Shown piece by piece: positions 47,704-55,102 of a stretch of DNA of 64,000 nucleotides. Source of the DNA: an uncultured Candidatus Binatia bacterium (GTDB lineage: Bacteria > Desulfobacterota > Binatia > HRBIN30); the NCBI GenBank assembly GCA_964534275.1, contig CAZHQG010000002.1, positions 140,243-204,242 of the forward strand, read 5' to 3'. Under the pieces are notes generated by a model. The model did not search any database. It was given only the letters and a program-made list of their open reading frames with translations, and was not told the DNA's origin. Each line of letters begins with the position of its first letter. Within the stretch, counting starts at the first letter, position 1. Position numbers and translations under genes: made by a program.

Positions 47704-48684
47704 ATGGAAGCGCGCAGAGGCCCGACCGCAACTGTAGCCGAGCGGCCGCGCATCGGGATTTCCGCATGTTTGTTGGGCCGGGCGGTCCGGTACGACGGAG
47801 GTCATAAGCGCGATGCGTTTTTGACGGAGACCTTCGGCCAGTTCGTCGAGTGGGTGCCTGTTTGTCCCGAAGTCGAAGTTGGGTTGGGGGTGCCGCGCCC
47901 GACACTGCGGCTCGAGCTCGATGGCGACCAAGTTCGCTTGCGGATCCCCTCCACGGGGGAGGACCTGACCGAGAAAATGCAGCGCTGGGCGGAAAAACGT
48001 GTGTCCGGCTTGCTGCGGGAGAATCTCAGCGGGTTCGTGGTGAAAAAGGACTCGCCAAGCTGCGGCATGGAGCGGGTGCGGGTATACGCAGGACACGGTC
48101 CACCGCGTCGCAACGGTGTGGGGGTGTTCACTGCAGCGCTTCGCTCGGCGATGCCCCACCTACCAGTCGAAGAAGAAGGCCGACTGCACGCCCCTCGCTT
48201 GCGAGACAATTTCGTGGAACGGGTATTTGCGTACCAGCGTCTGCGCCAATTGTTCTCGGGACCTTGGGGACGAGGGGCGCTAGTGGCCTTCCACACGGCG
48301 CACAAGTTGCAACTCATGGCGCATTCCCCGCAGTTGTATCAAGAGCTCGGGCGCTTGGTGGCGCACGCAAAAGAGCTTTCGCGTGCGGAACTTCGTCAAC
48401 GCTACAGCGACTTGTTCATGCGCTGTTTGGAGGTGCTGGCCCCCACCCGCCGGCATGTGAACGTGCTGCAACACATGGCAGGCTACTTGCGCCCTCACCT
48501 CGACCCACCCGCTCGGGCAGAGTTGCAGCGGCTCATCGAAGAATATCGGCGCGGCCTCGTTCCGCTGGTGGTGCCGCTCACGCTGTTGGGATACTTCGTG
48601 CGCAAATATTCCGTCGGGTATTTGTTAGGGCAAACGTACCTCGAGCCCCATCCGCGGGAACTAATGCTGCGGAACCACGTGTAG
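47704..48684 (+). CDS. ybgA: YbgA-like DUF523/DUF1722 fusion protein (TudS-type [4Fe-4S] thio-nucleobase desulfidase-like N-domain)
   Basis: ATG at 47704 with GGAGGG RBS. The N-domain Cys pattern is (ISACLLG...CPEVEVGLG...SPSCG). The C-terminal DUF1722 is helical. Confidence 0.75.
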   Translation: MEARRGPTATVAERPRIGISACLLGRAVRYDGGHKRDAFLTETFGQFVEWVPVCPEVEVGLGVPRPTLRLELDGDQVRLRIPSTGEDLTEKMQRWAEKRVSGLLRENLSGFVVKKDSPSCGMERVRVYAGHGPPRRNGVGVFTAALRSAMPHLPVEEEGRLHAPRLRDNFVERVFAYQRLRQLFSGPWGRGALVAFHTAHKLQLMAHSPQLYQELGRLVAHAKELSRAELRQRYSDLFMRCLEVLAPTRRHVNVLQHMAGYLRPHLDPPARAELQRLIEEYRRGLVPLVVPLTLLGYFVRKYSVGYLLGQTYLEPHPRELMLRNHV

Positions 48685-49033
48685 CAACCTGCTCGAGAAG
48701 TGGCTGCCAAACGCTGCCTGGGGGTAGAGCAAGCGCTGCCCCGAGGCGGCGTACGGGCGAGGTGGTAGGGCCTGAGTCGATTGTGGCACCGTGGAGTGGG
48801 GTTCCCATCCGGAGCGGGGTGAGGGGCGCATGGGTGCTGCCCGCTCTACCCGATGCGCCCCGATGCGCTGACAGCCAAATGGCGTGCATTCTGCCTCGCG
48901 CCCCGTTGCCCGCGACAAGGCCGAGCCTGTCATCCGAGCGGTCGCACCGTACCCGACCAAATCGAGGGTGATCTTCGGCCTCTTCGAGGATCCGAGTGCG
49001 TGGGGACAACCGCTTGCCTTGGCGTTTGCCGTT

Positions 49034-49876
49034 CTAGGGGGCCGCGTCGCCAAAGGGTTGTTTCCAACCAGTGCTCCGGATCCAACGGATGTATGCCATG
49101 AGGGCGTTCAATTGATGCGGGGTGAGTCGATCGCCGTACGCAGGCATGTAGACGCGTTGCCGCTCGATGAAGCGACGTGCCAGAGGATGGCGGCGCAACC
49201 GGTCGATATTGCCCTCTTGGATCCACTGGCGCAACTCGTCATCGTTGCGCACCAAGTCGCGAAAGTCGTTTCCCCACCAGCCTGGGATGTAGCCTTTGAA
49301 CGAGCCTGGGTTTGGAACGCCGCCCGCGCCCATGGGCCCGTGGCAATGGAAGCAGCCGAACTCCACGGCGAGCTCGTGTCCCTCCCGTGCGAGCGGATCG
49401 CTGGGGAGAACAAGATCCGACCGTGCGCGAATGTACGCGATCAGGTCATCGACCTCCCGATCCGATAGGAAGCCGCGGTATGCCGGCATCACGAGCAACC
49501 ACTGACGTGTCTTTTCCCGATACGCCGGGTCGCTGCGTTTGCGCGCCGGAGCACCGTCGAGGATGTATTCCCGGAGTTCTTGCTCGTTCTTGGCCCACAT
49601 CATGGGAACGCCGCCGGCGAACCCGGGGACTTCTTCGTCTTCGCTGCCAGGGTTCTTGACCCCACCCATGCCGTCGGGCCCGTGGCAGGTGAAGCAGCCC
49701 GATCGCAGCGCGATTTCATAGCCGCGCCGGGCTGCGGTGGTCTCCACATCGAGGATGATCCTGCGAGCCGACGGGTACACCCAGATGGCCAGGACGAAAA
49801 AAAACGCGAGCGTCCAAAAGCGCCGAACCAAAAACTCCCGCAGCCGCCGCACCCCGTGCTCCGATCCTGGCTTCAC
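49034..49876 (-). CDS. Membrane-anchored diheme c-type cytochrome
   Basis: Two CXXCH motifs (CFTCHG, CFHCHG) follow an N-terminal TM anchor (FWTLAFFFVLAIWVY). The GTG at 49876 overlaps the archease TGA stop (GTGA). Confidence 0.75.
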   Translation of the reverse strand: MKPGSEHGVRRLREFLVRRFWTLAFFFVLAIWVYPSARRIILDVETTAARRGYEIALRSGCFTCHGPDGMGGVKNPGSEDEEVPGFAGGVPMMWAKNEQELREYILDGAPARKRSDPAYREKTRQWLLVMPAYRGFLSDREVDDLIAYIRARSDLVLPSDPLAREGHELAVEFGCFHCHGPMGAGGVPNPGSFKGYIPGWWGNDFRDLVRNDDELRQWIQEGNIDRLRRHPLARRFIERQRVYMPAYGDRLTPHQLNALMAYIRWIRSTGWKQPFGDAAP

Positions 49877-50304
49877 AAATCCACAACCACCGTCGCGACC
49901 CAACGCCCGTTTTGTTTCCGTACCGAAAGGCGGTGCAACGTAACTGCCTTTACGTCGGCGCTCAACCAGTGTCGGGAGGGGTCGACTTGTTCTCCGGCGA
50001 GCACTGCCTCCGCTCGATAGGGCGGCTGTTCAGCATGCACCGTGCACGACGTTGCGCGCAAGAACAGCTGCTCCGCATCTTTGAAGTACAGGATCTCCTC
50101 GAGGAACCGTACGAGCAAAAAGTCGAGATCCTCGGCCTCGACCACGACGGTACGCTGCTCCCGTTCCTGCACGGCTTCCGGGTTCCCGACCATGAGCGAC
50201 AGCAACGCGTCGGCAGCGGAGCGAAAGCACTCTTCGAGCGTATCTCCCCATGCCTCGAAGCCGGCATCGGAAATCGGGGCATCCTCGAGCCAGCGAAACG
50301 GCAC
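49873..50304 (-). CDS. Archease (RtcB activator)
   Basis: The GTG start at 50304 lies 6 bp after the rtcB stop. The N-terminus reads MPFRWLEDAPISDAGFEAWGDTLEE, where the archease pattern is FxxLEHTADxGxxAxGxxLEE. Length is 144 aa. Confidence 0.7.
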   Translation of the reverse strand: MPFRWLEDAPISDAGFEAWGDTLEECFRSAADALLSLMVGNPEAVQEREQRTVVVEAEDLDFLLVRFLEEILYFKDAEQLFLRATSCTVHAEQPPYRAEAVLAGEQVDPSRHWLSADVKAVTLHRLSVRKQNGRWVATVVVDL

Positions 50305-50309
50305 GCGCC

Positions 50310-51797
50310 TCAGCCCTTTACGTTTCCAATGGGAGTGAAGCGCACAACGGGCAGGCTCAGTCCCGCTTCGGTGGTGGCCGCGACGACCGCGTCGATGTTC
50401 TTGTAGGCGGCCCCAGCTTCCTCGGCTAAGCCAGCGTACGATACGCTGCGAACGTAAATGCCCCGTGCAGCCAGCGCTTGTTCGAGTTCCTTGCCGTGGA
50501 ATTGCTTCTTGGCAGCGTGGCGGCTCATCGTGCGTCCACTGCCGTGGGCTGTGGTAAAAAAGGCTTGTTTGCCCGTGGACACCCCGCGCAATAGGTAGGA
50601 GCCAGTTTCCATACTGCCGCCAATGATCACCGGCTGGCCAATCTCCCGGTACGGAGCGGGTACGTCGGGCATACCAGGCGCGAACGCCCTTGTCGCGCCC
50701 TTGCGATGTACGAGAAGCTTGCGCCTGCGGCCGCCCACTTCGTGTTCTTCGAGTTTGGCGGTGTTGTGACAAACGTCGTATACCATTTCGAGTCCGAGCT
50801 CGCGCGCGTCGCGATGCAAGACCTCGCTGAAGACCTCGCGGACCCGGTGCAAAATCATCTGGCGGTTCGCGAACGACATGTTGATGCCACACTTCATGGC
50901 TGCGAAGTACGCTTGCCCTTCGGGAGAGCGGAACGGGGCGCAAGCAAGGTCGCGGTCGGGCAACTTGATCCCCCACTTCTTTTCCATGAGCGGCGCGAAT
51001 TGCTGGACGTAGTCGCTCGCGATCTGGTGCCCGAACCCACGGCTTCCGCAGTGAAACATGACGACGACCTGATACGGTTTGGTAATCCCCATCACCGCTG
51101 CAGCCTCGGGATCGAACACGTGCTCGGGTTTCACGATTTGGATTTCCAAATAGTGATTGCCAGACCCGAGCGTTCCAACTTGTGTCCGCCCGCGCTCCAA
51201 CGCTCGACGGCTTACTTTCGATGGGTCTGCTCCTGCAATCGCGCCGCCTTCTTCCGTGCGCTCCAAGTCTTCGGGCCAACCGTATCCATGAGCCACGCAC
51301 CAGCGTGCGCCCTGGACGGCGACTTCCGCGAATTCGTCGTCGGAGAGTTTCAAAAAGCCGTGCGCTCCGACGCCGGCCGGCACCCGGCGGTACAGGGCGT
51401 CCACCAGCTCTCGCACCCGTTCGCGAATCTCATCGTACACCAAGTTGGTACGCACCAAGCGCATCCCGCAATTGATGTCGAACCCGATGCCTCCGGGCGA
51501 GATGACCCCTTCGTCAGGATCCATTGCGGCCATGCCCCCGATCGGGAACCCATAGCCCCAGTGGCCATCGGGCATGCAAAAGGCCCGCTCCACGATGCCA
51601 GGGAGCATGGCGACGTTCGTGACCTGCTCGAACACGCCGTCGTCCATTTGCTCGAGTAGCTCTTCCGTGGCGTAAATCCTCGCCGGCACCCGCATGCCTG
51701 GTTTTGCGTCAGGCGGAATCTCCCAGGTAGCAGGCCCAACGGGAACAACTTTCTTCCTCAATTCCGAGCCCTTTAGTGCCGGTACCGCCATGCTCAT
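50310..51797 (-). CDS. rtcB: RNA-splicing ligase RtcB
   Basis: ATG at 51797 (MSMAVPALKG...). RtcB metal and GTP-site motifs are present (DGHWGYGFPIGG, FDINCGMRLV, GSGNHYLEIQ, HCGSRGFGHQ, VCHNTA, TTAHGSGR). Confidence 0.9.
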   Translation of the reverse strand: MSMAVPALKGSELRKKVVPVGPATWEIPPDAKPGMRVPARIYATEELLEQMDDGVFEQVTNVAMLPGIVERAFCMPDGHWGYGFPIGGMAAMDPDEGVISPGGIGFDINCGMRLVRTNLVYDEIRERVRELVDALYRRVPAGVGAHGFLKLSDDEFAEVAVQGARWCVAHGYGWPEDLERTEEGGAIAGADPSKVSRRALERGRTQVGTLGSGNHYLEIQIVKPEHVFDPEAAAVMGITKPYQVVVMFHCGSRGFGHQIASDYVQQFAPLMEKKWGIKLPDRDLACAPFRSPEGQAYFAAMKCGINMSFANRQMILHRVREVFSEVLHRDARELGLEMVYDVCHNTAKLEEHEVGGRRRKLLVHRKGATRAFAPGMPDVPAPYREIGQPVIIGGSMETGSYLLRGVSTGKQAFFTTAHGSGRTMSRHAAKKQFHGKELEQALAARGIYVRSVSYAGLAEEAGAAYKNIDAVVAATTEAGLSLPVVRFTPIGNVKG

Positions 51798-51841
51798 GAA
51801 ACTACTCGCCTCTCGGGATTCTGGCAACTGGTCGAGAGCCG

Positions 51842-52714
51842 GTGGTTGCACGTGCGCGTCGTACTCGCGAGAACATCGGATTCGTGAGATACGTGTTGGA
51901 ACTCCGCGTTTCGCACGCGAACGTGGACTTCGTTGGCGAACAAAAGCTTGCCGACTTGCTCGGAATGTTCGAGCAGGCTGCGGTCGAAGCCTCGCAAGCC
52001 TGCGGCTGGGATCCTCGAGCATACGCTGCCGCGCAGCGAGTATGGATGATTCGGCGCACGCGCGTGTGGCGCTGGGCGGCGGTTGGCGGGCTCGACCAAC
52101 TGCGCGTGGAGACGCAGGTGGCAGACGTACGCCGAGCGCGCTCTTTGCGCGAGTACCGCGTGTGGTCCGGGTCGGTGCTCGTTGCCGAGGCCGCCACGGA
52201 TTGGGTGTACTGCGATGTTCAGCGAGGACGACCAGTGCGCATCCCCGAAGAACTGGCTGCTGCGTTACATGGCGGTGGAGCCGTTCCGCACTGCGAGCGC
52301 GCCCCGCACCCGTTCGAGACACCGGCGGAGTCCCCGGAGATCGAAACGGTCACGGTACAGCCGTCGCACTTGGACCACGTCCAGCACGTGAACAACGCCA
52401 CGTACGTAGACTTCCTGGACAACGCAGCTTTGTCGTGGTGCGGGCGCCAAGGTTGGCCGCTTGCCCGTATGCTTGCAGAAGGCGGGGCCCTGCGGCCCGT
52501 AGGTATCGATGTGGAATACCTCGACGATGCGGGCGTAGGCGAGTTCTTGGAGGTTGCCACGTGGGGGCGGTGGGAGCGAGACGAGGAGGGGCCTCCCCGC
52601 GCGGCTTCGTTTTGGCAGGTGATTCGCCGGCCGTCGGGTAGCACGCTGCTGCGTGCCTTCGCGCACTACCGTTGGCGCCAACGTTCGCCGGTGCTCGGAG
52701 CGCCTCCCTCGTAA
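51842..52714 (+). CDS. Acyl-ACP/acyl-CoA thioesterase-like double-hotdog protein
   Basis: Two hotdog halves are present, the second carrying HLDHVQHVNNATYVDFL (4HBT-type). Start uncertain. Confidence 0.6.
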   Translation: MVARARRTRENIGFVRYVLELRVSHANVDFVGEQKLADLLGMFEQAAVEASQACGWDPRAYAAAQRVWMIRRTRVWRWAAVGGLDQLRVETQVADVRRARSLREYRVWSGSVLVAEAATDWVYCDVQRGRPVRIPEELAAALHGGGAVPHCERAPHPFETPAESPEIETVTVQPSHLDHVQHVNNATYVDFLDNAALSWCGRQGWPLARMLAEGGALRPVGIDVEYLDDAGVGEFLEVATWGRWERDEEGPPRAASFWQVIRRPSGSTLLRAFAHYRWRQRSPVLGAPPS

Positions 52715-52950
52715 AGCGAGTGTTTGTTCCTTCCAGAAGTTTTCATGTGCCGTGGTTCGGTGAGCTTGGAGAGCCACAATTCGCTCAGGCCGCATCCTGT
52801 ACGCGAACCGGTTGGAGCGCTCCGTGGCACAGGAGCCAGGAATCGCGGCCAGATGGAAAGAAGACAAGGAGGCGCGCATCGGCTACCGGTCGCCAGGTCC
52901 TAGAGCACCCGCCGATCCACTGACCGATGCGCGCCTCGAATCCACGTAGC

Positions 52951-53964
52951 TTATCGTGGCAGTTCCGGCTTCGCGATGTATTGCGCGTCGATGCGGCCGG
53001 TGAGCGCGTTCAAGAAAGCGACAATGTCAGCAACGTCTGTGTCGCTCAGTTGTCGGCCGAGTTGGTACTCCGCCATGAGCCGCACCATTTCCGGCAACGT
53101 GCCGATGCTGCCGTCGTGCAAGTAGGGGGCAGTTTTGGCGACGTTTCGTAGCGACGGAACCTTGAAGAATCCGCGCTCTGCCTCGTTGCCCGTGACCTTG
53201 GCTCGCCCGGGGTCCTCGGTGGGATACGGCTTTACCAGGCCAAGCTTCTGGAACATCGTGCCGCCCACAGTCGGCCCATTATGGCAGGTGACGCAACCAA
53301 CGGAGATAAATTTGGACAGGCCTGCGCGTTCTTGTTCGTTCAGGGCCGAGTCGTTTCCCGCCAAGAAGTCATCGAAGCGCGATGGTGTCACCAACTTGCG
53401 TTCGAACGCACCAATGGCCCGCGCAATGTTGTCGTAGGTAATCGGCTTTTCCTGTCCCGGGAATGCGGCGCGAAACAGAGGCAGGTAGCCGGGGATCTTT
53501 TCGAGCTTCGCGACCACCGCTTCCTCTGACGGCATGCCCATCTCGATGGGATTCAAAATGGGGCCTTTCGCTTGTTCTTCGACGTCGCGCGCACGGCCGT
53601 CCCAGAACTGGGCAATGTGGAACGCCGCGTTGTAGGTGCTCGGCGAATTCCTGTCGCCGCGGCGGCCGTCGTGGCCGGGGGACGTCTTCTCGTTATCGAC
53701 GCCAAAGCGGTCGAGTTGGTGGCAACTGTTACAGGCAATCTTATCGTTTACCGACAATCGGGCGTCGTAATACAACATCCGCCCGAGGCGAATTTTCTCT
53801 TCGGTAACCGGATTTTCTTTGCTCTCGGCCACCGGAGGCAACGGCGAAAAAATGGCCGCCGCTCGGGCGCGTAGCTCCGCGGGCGACTCGCCTTCCGCTT
53901 TCCCGAGCGTCCCAAAGATCGCAAAGATCGCAAGCAAGACTGCAAAACACCGAAAACGCCTCAT
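52951..53964 (-). CDS. Diheme cytochrome c peroxidase (CcpA/MauG family)
   Basis: ATG at 53964 with signal MRRFRCFAVLLAIFAIFGTLGKA. Two heme motifs CNSCHQ and CVTCHNG are present, along with a conserved Trp and His-rich interdomain region. Confidence 0.85.
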   Translation of the reverse strand: MRRFRCFAVLLAIFAIFGTLGKAEGESPAELRARAAAIFSPLPPVAESKENPVTEEKIRLGRMLYYDARLSVNDKIACNSCHQLDRFGVDNEKTSPGHDGRRGDRNSPSTYNAAFHIAQFWDGRARDVEEQAKGPILNPIEMGMPSEEAVVAKLEKIPGYLPLFRAAFPGQEKPITYDNIARAIGAFERKLVTPSRFDDFLAGNDSALNEQERAGLSKFISVGCVTCHNGPTVGGTMFQKLGLVKPYPTEDPGRAKVTGNEAERGFFKVPSLRNVAKTAPYLHDGSIGTLPEMVRLMAEYQLGRQLSDTDVADIVAFLNALTGRIDAQYIAKPELPR

Positions 53965-54193
53965 AGGAAACCCAATCCTCCTTTCCACCACTGGGTTCCA
54001 CCGGCGCGTATGTCGGGCCGGTGGCAACGCCTGTTGATAATGCAGCTCGGCGGTGAGTCCAGTGCCTTGCGACTGCGAAAACAAAGTCGCCGGTTCGGGT
54101 GCGGACGTTCGCGAGTTGCTGGCGAAGGCGCCTTCCTTGCCTCGCGCTTCTAGCCTTTGCAGAGTTGCGGCGAACACCTATACGTCGCTCGCT

Positions 54194-54955
54194 ATGGCAG
54201 GTTCATGGTTCGATCTCGAGGGACGTGTTGCCTTGGTGACTGGGGCGAGCCGGGGGCTCGGACGCACCATGGCGCTGGCGTTGGCTCGCGCGGGTGCTGA
54301 CCTCGTATTGGTCGCGCGTACCGCCAGTGCTCTCGAAGAAGTTGCCGCAGAGGTTCAGCAGCTCGGGCGCAAAGCCGTGGCAGTGGTGGCGGACGTTACC
54401 CGAGAAGAAGACGTGCGGTCGATGGTGCGCCAGAGCATGGCTGCATTCGATCGGATCGACATCCTGGTGAACAACGCTGGGGTGGGGGAAAGTCGCTCGC
54501 TCCTCGAGTTGGACGTGGAACAATGGGACCACACCATGGCCGTGAACGTGCGCGGTCCGATGCTGTGCTGCAAACATGTGGGTCCGGTGATGATCGAACA
54601 GCGGCGAGGCAAAATCATCAACGTCGCCTCCGTGCTCGCCCTGCGGGCAGCGCGCTACATGTCGCTGTACTGCGCTAGCAAGGCAGCGCTGGTGCAATTT
54701 TCTCGTGCGCTGGCCCTGGAGTGGGTGCGATTGAACATCCAAGTCAACGCACTGTGCCCGGGATACTTCCTCACCGATATGAACCGAGAATTTTTCGCTA
54801 CCGACCGCGGGCAACAGTTTATCCGGGACTTGCCAATGAAACGACTTGGCCAGCCAGAGGAACTCGAAGGCGCTGTCGTGTTCTTGGCCTCCGACGCAAG
54901 TAACTACATGACCGGAGCCTGCTTGCTCATCGACGGCGGGTTCCATCTGGCGTAA
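54194..54955 (+). CDS. SDR-family oxidoreductase
   Basis: The motifs ALVTGASRGLGRTMA, NNAG and YCASKAAL are present. Confidence 0.85.
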   Translation: MAGSWFDLEGRVALVTGASRGLGRTMALALARAGADLVLVARTASALEEVAAEVQQLGRKAVAVVADVTREEDVRSMVRQSMAAFDRIDILVNNAGVGESRSLLELDVEQWDHTMAVNVRGPMLCCKHVGPVMIEQRRGKIINVASVLALRAARYMSLYCASKAALVQFSRALALEWVRLNIQVNALCPGYFLTDMNREFFATDRGQQFIRDLPMKRLGQPEELEGAVVFLASDASNYMTGACLLIDGGFHLA

Positions 54956-55102
54956 CCCTTTGTGCTTGGCCGTAACGCGGTTGACGCCGCGGAAAAAAGC
55001 GGCCTGGTTGTAACACGAAGATCCTCTGCGGAAAGCAAAGTTCGTCACGCCGCGTTGCCGTGCAGCTCGGTACGGGAGTTGCAAAACCCGCGGCTCGTGT
55101 GG

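Noticed and set aside
48884-49468. 194-aa + strand ORF
   Set aside because: Antisense to the diheme cytochrome c gene.
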